A stretch of 35,101 nt of DNA, from positions 148,953,493 through 148,988,593 of the forward strand of contig NC_068982.1 in the NCBI RefSeq assembly GCF_001194135.2, in the 5' to 3' direction. The notes below the pieces were generated by a model. That model made no database searches. It worked only from the letters and a program-made list of their open reading frames with translations, and was not told where the DNA came from. Below, one piece after another: positions 22,390 to 33,139 of this stretch (its first letter is position 1; each line of letters starts with the position of its first letter). The position numbers and the translations under genes are program-made. This stretch comes from Octopus bimaculoides. Taxonomy: Eukaryota.

Positions 22390-22640
22390 AGCATCTTTTG
22401 GTGAAGATGTGTCTCATCAGGTGACTTCTCAAAAGGTACCTCACTAAATAAACTTGGTTTCACTTGGTTCAATTATACAGCATGTTGTTATTTGCTTGTC
22501 TTTAATCTGTGAAGCCTATGGGCAACCACATACAGGCAAATAATGACATGCTGAAAATCAAACAGAGCAAAACTAAGTTTATTGAGTGAGGTATTTTTTG
22601 AAAAGTCACTGGATGAGACATAACTGCACTGAAGGATTCT
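22390..22640. repeat. Long imperfect inverted repeat (arms 22390-22499 and 22532-22640)
   Basis: Hand alignment gives 84/110 identities with a 32-nt spacer. Confidence 0.85.
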
Positions 22641-22779
22641 CCTTAAACAGTTGTGTGATGGGTGAATTGTATCCATTTCATATTTTTAATTTTGCTCATG
22701 TTCATTGTTTGTTTTGGATTTTGTCAACTACTCAGTATAGTAGGGTCAGTGGAGCACTGTCTGTGATAAAAAAACACCA

Positions 22780-23075
22780 CCATGATATGAAGATTTCAGA
22801 GTGTCTGGCTGTGTGTTGTGTTCTTGAGCAAGGCACTTTACTTCACATTGCTCCAGTTCACTCTTCTGAAGAAATGAGTTGCGAAGTCACTGATGCCAAG
22901 CTGTATCAGTCTTTGCCTTTCCTTTGGTTAACATCAGTGGTGTGAAGGGGAGAGGCTGGTATGCATAGGTGACTGCTGGTCTTCCATAAAACAACTTTTC
23001 CCACACTTGTGCCTTGGAGGGTAACTCACTAGGTGCAATCCCTTGGTCATTCATGTCCAAAGGAGATCTTTACCT
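22780..23075 (+). mobile_element. SINE-like interspersed repeat
   Basis: gtgttcttgagcaaggcactttacttcacattgctccagttcactc, a typical post-tRNA SINE body; recognised by pattern only. Confidence 0.5.
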
Positions 23076-24074
23076 TTTACCATATATATATATGTGTGTA
23101 TTGGTGTGAGAGAAAGGTAACTGATACACCAAACATAAATATCTTGCAGTATTAAGTTTCATACAAGTTATGCCCCTTTACACCAAGATCAACTTGGCCT
23201 TCTTTTACATAATCAATCGATGATATTGTACAAAACAAAATACTTGGGTCACCGTGTTCAAAACACTTGAAGGTGATAGTTCAACATGACCACAATTTAG
23301 TGATTGATGAGACCAGTAAAAGAGTAAAGAATGAATGGAAGCTTAAAATAATACAGCAATAATTCATGTGACATACATAAACATTTAGAACCATCATTTG
23401 GTAATGCTGCAAGTGTGTTGGCTTGCCTCAGTAGGTTCTGGTGAACCTTGTGGTATACAACCAATTGAAGCACTTGGTCTTGCATTGATTTTTTCTTTTT
23501 GTTTTTTTATCTCTTTTTTGTTTTTCTTTTGTAAAATATATTCCTTTTCACTGAATTATTGTAAATTGCAACAATTATTTTGTACCAATTTTGGATTGTT
23601 GTATAATGGTACCTACTCTTGCGTTTCAACCTTTCAAACTTTCTAAGTTTGGTCATCAGGTTACAGCCCATTTGGTTTGAAAAGAAGTAAAGTAATTTCC
23701 TGGTTTGTTCAAATGACTATATTTCCTCTTTTTAATAATAACAATATTAGTAGCAATGGTACTTGAAAATTATATTTAAAATTTATTAATTTAAAAATAC
23801 AGGAGTATTAAAAAGTATACATAATGGGGCTAATAAACCACCTTTGACCAACATAAAGTAGATTATACACCAACACAGACAATATGACAAGGTTATATTG
23901 CTTACATCTGATAGGGTATGTGTGTGTGCGTATGGATATGTCACAGAAAGGCTCTGAAACAGTGTGCATCCTCAAGAAGAACCGATTTGATTTTTGAAAT
24001 CTGCATCGCAACAGCAAGGTTTTCAGCTATAATTAATAAAACCTTAACATACTCTCAGTTGTAAGTCAGCAGTG

Positions 24075-24160
24075 ATGCCCAAGATGCCACAAAGTGGGAC
24101 TGAACTGCGAACCATGTGGCTGGGAAGCAAACTTCTTACCACACAGCCACACTTGCTCCT
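24075..24160 (-). mobile_element. tRNA-headed SINE 5' head
   Basis: Reverse complement of the 20113-20180 head. Confidence 0.75.
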
Positions 24161-25796
24161 ATTATTAGTATTTAGATTGTCATGTATATGTGTGATTTAA
24201 TGCAGGATATTTATCTCAAGATTCAAACACAACTAGAGTGAGAAATAGAAGGGCTGTTGCCACTCTTATTGCTTATAATGAGCATCTACTTAATTAATAA
24301 GTGAGACAAATTAGCTATTAATTATAGACATTGAATTAATTGGTTAATCTGTAACTGAATTACACAAAAATAATAATTATCTATTTAGCAATAATAGGTC
24401 AAACATATGCTAATGCATGAACTCCATCGATTTGTAATGCATAATTAATGTATATTTGTGGAGGTTTATGAGCTTCCAAAATTTATGCTTCCTTTACTTC
24501 ACACTGTAGTTTTTGGCAACTTGAGATGAATGTCTTTTATTAAATCATGCATGTACACCACAATCTAAGTAACAGTACATGTTATTTACACCACAATCTA
24601 AATAACATATACATATACATATGTTTATTCATCATACAGAGTACAGTAAAAAAAAATCTCACAGACTCTTCAGTTAATGTTTCAGTAGTAAATATATGGC
24701 ATGCATCAGTCAAAACTATGATAAAATATGAAAAAAACAGGCAATAAAATATTAGCTACAATGAAGATCCCATCATTGGTTAACTTTACTTGTACTACAC
24801 CTAAGGTTGTGTAAAATATGAAACGTTTTTTTCATGTCATTGTGTAATTTATTTTATGCTGGTTTTATGTGATTTATCAGCTCTATTGTGTATAGTATTC
24901 ATCTTCTTTTTAATTAATAAATTTTAAATTCTTGCTAATATTACAATCATTATTATAATTAATTTTTTTATAATTTATATTTTTTTTTAAAGTTTTTTTT
25001 TTTTCTTTTATACAACAAGTGTTATCATTATGTTAGTAAATCATCATATTATAGTCTTACATTGTTATCATATAAATACTATCGCTATTACTGTCATTAT
25101 CAACTCTTTTCTTCTAAACATTTTGATTTAATATTAATATGTTCAGGGCACCTTTGTATTTTTTTTTAGTATTTTCCAATGTGTTTTTGTGTAGGTTGAC
25201 ACAGTCCTATTGTGGTACTACAAATCATTAATACATATCACATGGTCGTTTGAAACTGAGATTCTCTGCTCACAAATTCATGTCTCTCAGTCTAGCTCTG
25301 ATTAATTCTCCACCACAATTTCTGATTAATATACAATAGTGATTTAGCTTTATCTGTAAGTGATACGCAATTATCCCTATTAACTTGTACTCAGTACCCA
25401 GACAAAAGATTGGTGTGTATGTATGTATTTGTGTGTGTGTGTGTGTGTTTTCACATGTGTATGTGCATGCATGCATGCATGCATATATGTGTGTGTGTAT
25501 ATATTTTTGTGTTTGTGCTTGTGTTTTAATTACATCTCCCTTTGGTAAATGCAGCTTTGACCTGGTGAAATAGATGTCATCAGTCATTGTCTAACAATCA
25601 TTGGGTGTTTTAAAACTGAACCCTAACATACTCTCATTTGTAGGTCAGCAGTGATGGCCAAATCACTGCCCGTCCTCTCCTGATTTCTAGCTTATAATCT
25701 GTCTTCTTCGATAACCAACAAAAAGCTTATTCTACATCTATCACATCCTGGATGCAGTTGCCTTTCTCTTTTTTCTTCTTATTCTAATTGCTATAA

Positions 25797-27377
25797 TCAC
25801 AGAGAGGGTCATAGCCCAACTAATTAGGGAGCGAATCAATTTAGATGAGATGCAGTTTGGGTTCGTGCCAGGTAAAAGCACTACTGATGCCTTATTTCTA
25901 GTGAGACAGTTGCAGGAGAAATACCTAGCTAAGGATAAACCTCTGTACCTGGCTTTCGTTGACATGGAGAAAGCCTTTGACAGGGTCCCCCGATCCCTTA
26001 TCTGGTGGTCAATGAGGAAACTTGGGATAGAAGAATGGTTAGTGAGAGCTGTGCGAGCCATGTACAGAGATGCTGCCAGTAAGGTGAGGGTTGGAANNNN
26101 NNNNNNNNNNNNNNNNNNNNNNNNNNNNNNNNNNNNNNNNNNNNNNNNNNNNNNNNNNNNNNNNNNNNNNNNNNNNNNNNNNNNNNNNNNNNNNNNNNNN
26201 NNNNNNNNNNNNNNNNNNNNNNNNNNNNNNNNNNNNNNNNNNNNNNNNNNNNNNNNNNNNNNNNNNNNNNNNNNNNNNNNNNNNNNNNNNNNNNNNNNNN
26301 NNNNNNNNNNNNNNNNNNNNNNNNNNNNNNNNNNNNNNNNNNNNNNNNNNNNNNNNNNNNNNNNNNNNNNNNNNNNNNNNNNNNNNNNNNNNNNNNNNNN
26401 NNNNNNNNNNNNNNNNNNNNNNNNNNNNNNNNNNNNNNNNNNNNNNNNNNNNNNNNNNNNNNNNNNNNNNNNNNNNNNNNNNNNNNNNNNNNNNNNNNNN
26501 NNNNNNNNNNNNNNNNNNNNNNNNNNNNNNNNNNNNNNNNNNNNNNNNNNNNNNNNNNNNNNNNNNNNNNNNNNNNNNNNNNNNNNNNNNNNNNNNNNNN
26601 NNNNNNNNNNNNNNNNNNNNNNNNNNNNNNNNNNNNNNNNNNNNNNNNNNNNNNNNNNNNNNNNNNNNNNNNNNNNNNNNNNNNNNNNNNNNNNNNNNNN
26701 NNNNNNNNNNNNNNNNNNNNNNNNNNNNNNNNNNNNNNNNNNNNNNNNNNNNNNNNNNNNNNNNNNNNNNNNNNNNNNNNNNNNNNNNNNNNNNNNNNNN
26801 NNNNNNNNNNNNNNNNNNNNNNNNNNNNNNNNNNNNNNNNNNNNNNNNNNNNNNNNNNNNNNNNNNNNNNNNNNNNNNNNNNNNNNNNNNNNNNNNNNNN
26901 NNNNNNNNNNNNNNNNNNNNNNNNNNNNNNNNNNNNNNNNNNNNNNNNNNNNNNNNNNNNNNNNNNNNNNNNNNNNNNNNNNNNNNNNNNNNNNNNNNNN
27001 NNNNNNNNNNNNNNNNNNNNNNNNNNNNNNNNNNNTGAGATGCACCATTTTGAGTGTAGCCGTTGCCAGTACCGCCTGACTGGCTCCTGTAGGATTTTCG
27101 AGCGAGATCGTTGCCAGCGCCCCTGGACTGGCTTGTGCGGGTGGCACATAAAAGACACCATTTCGAGCGTGGCCGTTTTCGTTCGGGTGACACGTAAAAG
27201 CACCCACTACACTCTCTGAGTGGTTGGCGTTAGGAAGGGCATCCAGCTGTAGAAACTCTGCCAAATCAGACTGGAGCCTGGTGTTGCCATCCGGTTTCAC
27301 CAGTCCTCAGTCAAATCGTCCAACCCATGCTAGCATGGAAAGCGGACGTTAAACGATGATGATGATGATGATGATGA
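25797..27377 (+). mobile_element. Young 5'-truncated RTE LINE: open RT fragment, gap, 3' UTR and (GAT)n tail
   Basis: Uninterrupted TERVIAQLIRERINLDEMQFGFVPGKSTTDALFLVRQLQEKYLAKDKPLYLAFVDMEKAFDRVPRSLIWWSMRKLGIEEWLVRAVRAMYRDAASKVRVG up to the gap; same-strand 3' UTR resumes at 27036. Continuity across the gap is assumed. Confidence 0.9.
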
Positions 27378-27379
27378 TT

Positions 27380-27740
27380 CTCCATACTGACTGGTCAGAG
27401 GAGTCTATGCAACCAATCTGAACTGGGAATAGCTATGTCTGCCATTCCTTCTCCCTGTATTCCTGCAAAAGGTTCTAGTATTTGATATGCTTTTAGTGAA
27501 AGGTTTGATCACACCTTCCTTCCAATTATGCTGTTAGCTAAATCAGAAATATCTTTGCCATCTGAGTCTACAATGCCATGCCCAACCTCAGAGCTGTCTG
27601 GGCAACCCAAAATGAACCGCTGCTTTTCTCCCAGGTCTACCTTCATATACTATAATTGTAGTAAACTGCATTTTCTTTTTCCAGTAATCAATGGCTTTTC
27701 TCCTTCTCTCATGAACACAATTGATAGTCTTGTTTTCCCG
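27380..27740 (-). mobile_element. Old, decayed RTE LINE (pre-RT/RT N-terminus)
   Basis: Frameshifted remnants GRKAA..FGL, DLANSII, KEGVI, KSI, LL*PVSME (about KGKAAG..G..TDLANSIIKEGVIP..KS..LLDQVMKVME). Confidence 0.5.
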
Positions 27741-27741
27741 C

Positions 27742-28072
27742 CCAGCGTCGCCTTCCTGGCACATGTAAAGACATTCGAGTGAGATCATTGCCAGTGCCGC
27801 TGGACTGGCTCCTGTGCAGGTGGAACGTAAAATACACCATTTTGAGCATGGCCATTGCCAGTACCGCCTGACTGGCCTTTGTGCCGGTGGCACGTAAAGG
27901 CACCCACTCCACTCTCAGAGTGGTTGGCATTAGGAAGGGCATCCAGCTGTAGAAACTCTGCCAAATCAGATTGGAGCCTGGTGTAGCCATCTGGTTCACC
28001 AGTCCTCAGTCAAATCGTCCAACCCATGCTAGCATGGAAAGTGGACATTAAACGATGATGATGATGATGATG
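27742..28072 (+). mobile_element. Young RTE 3' UTR with (GAT)n tail
   Basis: Homologous to the other tails; duplicated at 28127-28443 across a gap. Confidence 0.9.
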
Positions 28073-28126
28073 TGTCNNNNNNNNNNNNNNNNNNNNNNNN
28101 NNNNNNNNNNNNNNNNNNNNNNNNNN

Positions 28127-28443
28127 CTGGCACATGTAAAGACATTCGAGTGAGATCATTGCCAGTGCCGCTGGACTGGCTCCTGTGCAGGTGGAACGTA
28201 AAATACACCATTTTGAGCATGGCCATTGCCAGTACCGCCTGACTGGCCTTTGTGCCGGTGGCACGTAAAGGCACCCACTCCACTCTCAGAGTGGTTGGCA
28301 TTAGGAAGGGCATCCAGCTGTAGAAACTCTGCCAAATCAGATTGGAGCCTGGTGTAGCCATCTGGTTCACCAGTCCTCAGTCAAATCGTCCAACCCATGC
28401 TAGCATGGAAAGTGGACATTAAACGATGATGATGATGATGATG
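28127..28443 (+). mobile_element. Second copy of the preceding RTE tail (probable assembly duplicate)
   Basis: Appears identical to 27756-28072 and shares the same 3' flank gtgtc. Confidence 0.75.
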
Positions 28444-28449
28444 TGTCTC

Positions 28450-28880
28450 TCTTGATTGTTCCTTGTGTCTCTCTTGAATGTGAGCACCTTGTCATTGTGC
28501 CACATATATCTATCATTGGTAAGTGTAATTTTAAACCCTGATGAATTGTGTTCCAGGGTGACCCATTATCAACAAACTCTACATTCAATCTACTCTCATG
28601 CCCATCTCTGCAGGTTTGTTGATGTAGAAAGTGCATCATACACCACTCACTACAGGAAAGAGATGCAAAATGAGTTTATACTCAACATGTCTGTCCATGT
28701 GACCTTTCTCTTGGAGAAGTCCCATTTGGTTCAGGCCCCCTGGGATACTAGAACCACAGCTCTTGATTTTCTTTTTTGTTTCTCCTGGTATTATTCTCCT
28801 GCCAATAAGATGGCACTCTTTTACATGATATCTGCCTTTATCCATTGTTGAAAATAACTGAGACTCTGCTACCATGAGTT
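28450..28880 (-). mobile_element. Old, decayed RTE LINE (end of the APE endonuclease/linker), likely the same element as 27380-27740
   Basis: SKLMVAESQLFSTMDKGRYHVKECHLIGRRIIPGE resembles the RTE S.IDY.LV...VK.CKVIPGE region; weak. Confidence 0.35.
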
Positions 28881-28894
28881 TACTAATTTTATAT

Positions 28895-29185
28895 ATATCA
28901 TACATATATACATGCATGCATAAATACAAACTTACATATCTACATACATACACACATACACACATACATACATACATGCATGCATACATACATGCATACA
29001 TACATACATACACACATACATACATACATACAAATATACATACACACTTACATATATACATACATATATACATACATACATGCATACATGCATAAATACA
29101 AACTTACATATATACATACAAACACATATACACATACATATGTATGAATGCATGTATGTATGTATGTATGTATGTATGTATACAC
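28895..29185. repeat. (TACA)n/(TATG)n compound microsatellite
   Basis: Directly visible. Confidence 0.95.
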
Positions 29186-31490
29186 TCAGCTTTAATAAAT
29201 TAAGCCCCTTACAAATATATGCATAGAACGGCAATCTTCAACAGCAGTTTACTAGTACAATTGAATGTTAATATATGTGCATGCACACACACATTTATAT
29301 ATAAAGTGTACATTATGCATGCATATAAAATAAAATCGTTTTAAATATTCTGCTCAAAAAATTATTCCCCAATTAGGTACATTCAAATAGTAAGCAGTGT
29401 GAAATGTAGTCACTAGTTCAATAACTTTGATGAAATATGAATGAATAAATGAATATGAATTTACAATGCAAAAATCAAAAATGTGTTCACATAATTGTGT
29501 AGTAATCAAACTCATAAGATCTCATACAAAATATATTTAAGTATGTAGTATTTTTATGAATAATAATAATTTGTATAATTTATAACCAACACCATTAATG
29601 ATCAAAGAAATTTAAAATAAAAAATGAAACAAATCTCATAATAAAGTTTTGAAATACTATTCAGGTCCATAAAATTTATATTAATAATAATAATGATTAT
29701 AATAATGGTACTGATTAAAAATCAAGATATGCAATAAATTTAATGATATTTGTGATAAAAATAGAATGATTGATAATATAAAAATACCATAAAGAAGAAA
29801 ATCTCAATGTAAGATTAAAAGGACCTGCGAAAACTTAAATAAACATTGATTGACCAAAACAGTAATTCAAATTATTAAGGAAAAGTAATAGATGAAAGTG
29901 CCAGATTGAGAAAATATGTAGTGCAATTTTGATGAGGAATTGGATAACTATGCAATTAGTAGATGCATTTTCAAATAAATAGATGTAATTGTAAAGAAAT
30001 ATGTAAGTACTAGGTTGAGGGAAAAGTTCATGCACGTGTTAAAATAATGAACTGAATGAACACACACACCACGAAGATATATAAAAAAGCATTATTTTAA
30101 CACAGCACACAGACTTTTTCCTCAGCTTAATATTTAGGATTAGAGTAAGTACTGAAAAATTTTTACAAATACAGAATGCACAACTAATAAAAATAAAATT
30201 TAAAGATAGCGTGTCAGGTGAACATATATATAGAAAATTATATATTACATTCATCAATAAATAAATATATGTGTAAGATGTTTAATAGATAAGTTTAGTC
30301 AGAGTCTATTGCTCAGCATGTAAAAATCACTACGGTTACCTGTTGAGAATATGAGAAAGGTTAAAGTATTTAAAAGTTTTGATAATTTTTATGGTTACAA
30401 AAAGGTTATTCTTACAAAATACCTGTTAAATAAGGTGTTCTTAGCAAAGATTATTTTATAGTCTTCAGTAGTATCATGGTTGCAGAGTCTTCAGTTTCCA
30501 TGGTAAAATTTAGCCATATTTAATATTTTCCAGTTTAAGTCATATGTGTCCAAACTTCAGTTCCCGAAAGTTGAAAACTAGGTGACCTTACATCTGATAA
30601 AGTTTTTGAGATAATAGTTATGGTGATTGTAGCAATATTTGAAAGGATTGTCAGTACACATTAGTAGAAGTGGCCGTTTGCACATTAGGTTGATACATTA
30701 TAGCCTTACAGAAGTAGATAAAGTTAAAGGAGAAATAGAATGTTAAAATAATTTCAGCTATTAGAAGATTAATTTGGTTTAGTTAGATCACATAAAGCTT
30801 GTGTGAAATAAGGGGATGGTTGCGGTATGACAATTTAATGATCCACTTATTGAAAAGACATTTGTTTAAGTGGAAAGTGTTTTGTAGTTAAAGAAGAAGA
30901 AAATTAGCTATAGTTGTGCTATTTCTAAGTTACATACTGGGTTAAACTAGCAAATATTTCTTTTTTTCTATTTCTATGGATATATTCAAAATAAGCAATT
31001 TTCTCTTTAAAACAGCTTCTATATAGAATGTTAACATACTAACCAGAAGATTCATTATGAATGTGTACACTTTTGAGCAGATTAAGAAAATGAAGTGAAG
31101 CATTTTAAACTAAATTGTTTACAATATTCCTAAGAGAGTCAAAAAGTTTAACCCCTTGCTTGGCAATGGCAAGATATCTCCTTTTGCATGTTTCACCTTT
31201 TTCAGAGTTGGACAAAATATCTCATCTAAAAGTTATTCTCTTAAATAATGGCTGGGACAGAATATCTCATCTAACTCAATTCTTCTACAGAGCTTTTTAG
31301 GCATAAACAAGTATGTTTGTCCTAACCACACATCTGGCAGTTCATCAAGCCATTCATGCTCTCACTTCAGTCACGTGACTCATGTCTCACATCATTGCAT
31401 TTGCCAGTCATTCATCATTAGCCCACACATACGTACATACGTTTGCTTACTCTAAGGACACGTTTTGCATTTTTGCTTTTGATTTTTAAA

Positions 31491-32654
31491 ATGAGCTGCA
31501 ACAGTGAAATTGATGATGTGGATTTTGTTAATCTTGACTCCTCCAATTTTAGTGCAAGTGAATAGGATCTAGAAGTTACTCTCTCAGATGATGATGATGA
31601 TAATAATAGTAATGATGATGATAATGATAGTAATGATGATGCCTTGCTTGCTGCCAGGCAATGGTATCAGCTTCCTGTTGGAGATAATCTTGTGCCTTTT
31701 CCTCCATCATTTCCTTTCATTCGAGACCCAGGAATATCAATTGATGGTGATGCATTGGAAATGACTCCTCTTGATCTTTTTTCCCTTTATTTTGATGATG
31801 ATTTAATTGACTCTGTGTGCAGTGAGACAAATAGATTTGTACAACAAACTTCACCTAGAGATAAAAATTGGCACCTTGTTACAGTCAGGTAAATCATCAT
31901 CATCATCATCATCATCATCGTTTAACGTCCACTTTCCATGCTAGCATGGGTTGGACGATTTGACTGAGGACTGGTGAGCCAGATGGCTACACCAGGCTCC
32001 AATCTGATTTGGCAGAGTTTCTACAGCTGGATGCCCTCCCTAACGCCAACCACTCCGAGAGTGTAGTGGGTGCTTTTACGTGCCACCAGCACGAAGGCTA
32101 ATCAGGCGGTACTGGCATCGGCCACATTCAAAATGGGGTAGTTTATGTGCCACCTACACAGGAGCCAGTCCAGCGGCACTGGCAACGACCTCACTCGAAT
32201 GTCTTTTTGCGTGCCACCGGCACAAGTACCGGGAAGGCGACGCTGGTAAATGTGTTTATTTTTTTATGTAAACATGCTTCAAGGTATTATAAAGGCACTA
32301 GATTCAGAAATGCACTGGTCAAAACATCCTCTTCTTGAACAGGCAATTTATGGAACTGTCATGTCTCTGAAATGGTTTTGTAAGATAAAACAATATCTAC
32401 ATTTCGTTGATAATGACTCTTATGATGAAGCAAGTCACCCAAATCATAAGTTGCATAAAATATATTATATATACTTTAAGCTACAATAGAAGTTCCAGAG
32501 TTTCTACACTCCAAAACAAGAAAGTGTGCGCAATGTGTAAAAAAAATGGGATGCCTATGGAAAGCCAGTTCGCAAAGAATCCCGTTAAATGTGTAAAATT
32601 TGCAAAGTTCCATTATGTATAACTCCATGTTTTGAAACATTTCATTCAAACTAA
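31491..32654 (+). pseudogene. piggyBac transposase remnant (acidic N-terminus, N-part of DDE_Tnp_1_7 domain, C-terminal Cys-rich domain; catalytic core deleted)
   Basis: MSCNSEIDD.., TPLDLFSLYFDDDLIDSVCSETNR, VTVR|*MCLFFYVNMLQGIIK..MHWSKHPLL..YGTVMSLKWFCKIKQYLHFVDN..KLHKI..KFQSFYTPKQ, then VCAMCKK/DAYGKPVRKESR*MCKICKVPLCITPCFETFHSN*. Confidence 0.88.
31895..32244 (-). mobile_element. Young RTE 3' UTR insertion into the piggyBac ORF
   Basis: (CAT)n tail at 31895; GGTAAAT flanks both sides (31888-31894 and 32245-32251). Confidence 0.92.
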
Positions 32655-33139
32655 CCATCTAATGAAAGAGAAGTACTACAAGTAAAGCAAGTAATATTCC
32701 TTTGCTTTCATTTTATCCCTTTCTTTTATTTAAAACAGTTTTCCCAATTTTTTAAAATTTATTTTACTATTTTTTATAGAAGATAAGATATTTTGTTTTT
32801 GCTTACATATGATAATGATAACATATATATTTACATAAATATATACAATATTTAAATTCTAATACTCTCCTGAGCAACGACATAAAATATTCTATAACAT
32901 AAGCAAAAAAAGAAATTTGTCTGGTTTTGCATAGTTTTTTTTTTCAAAATCCACTGGGTAAGGGGTTAAACAATTAAGAATTTTAGCAGTTTAAACATCT
33001 TAGTAATATCTTAATTTAATTTAAAACGTTGCTGAACACTTATTTGTCTTCCAGATATATTTAGACAGTTATACTACACACTATTATATGTAAAAATAGG
33101 AAACAAAATATATATGTTCCAATGCAGCCAGAGATTTTC

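Larger units (their letters stand above)
31152..32965 (+). mobile_element. Internally deleted, non-autonomous piggyBac-like DNA transposon
   Basis: TTAA at 31148-31151 and 32966-32969; termini CCCCTTGCTTGGC versus CCCCTTACCCAGT (reverse complement), differing only by transitions; transposase remnants inside. Confidence 0.85.

Noticed and set aside
23615-23670. Minus-strand CTGATGA with a CAAACTT/AAGTTTG stem and GAAA
   Set aside because: Stem II register is wrong, and there is no stem III or NUH site; a chance hammerhead-like match.
25850-27300. Long ORFs of 315-519 aa in the ORF track
   Set aside because: Artefacts of translating through the 939-N gap; only 25797-26096 is real RTE coding sequence.
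28636-29234. YI/HT/CV-repeat ORFs here and at 1332-2564, 13369-13896, 16589-16938, 18967-19456 and 33770-34075
   Set aside because: Translations of di- and tetranucleotide microsatellites.
3137-32244. CRISPR-like array or prokaryotic defence system from the recurring hairpin repeats
   Set aside because: The repeats are modules of dispersed retrotransposon 3' UTRs without unique spacers or cas genes, and the DNA is eukaryotic.
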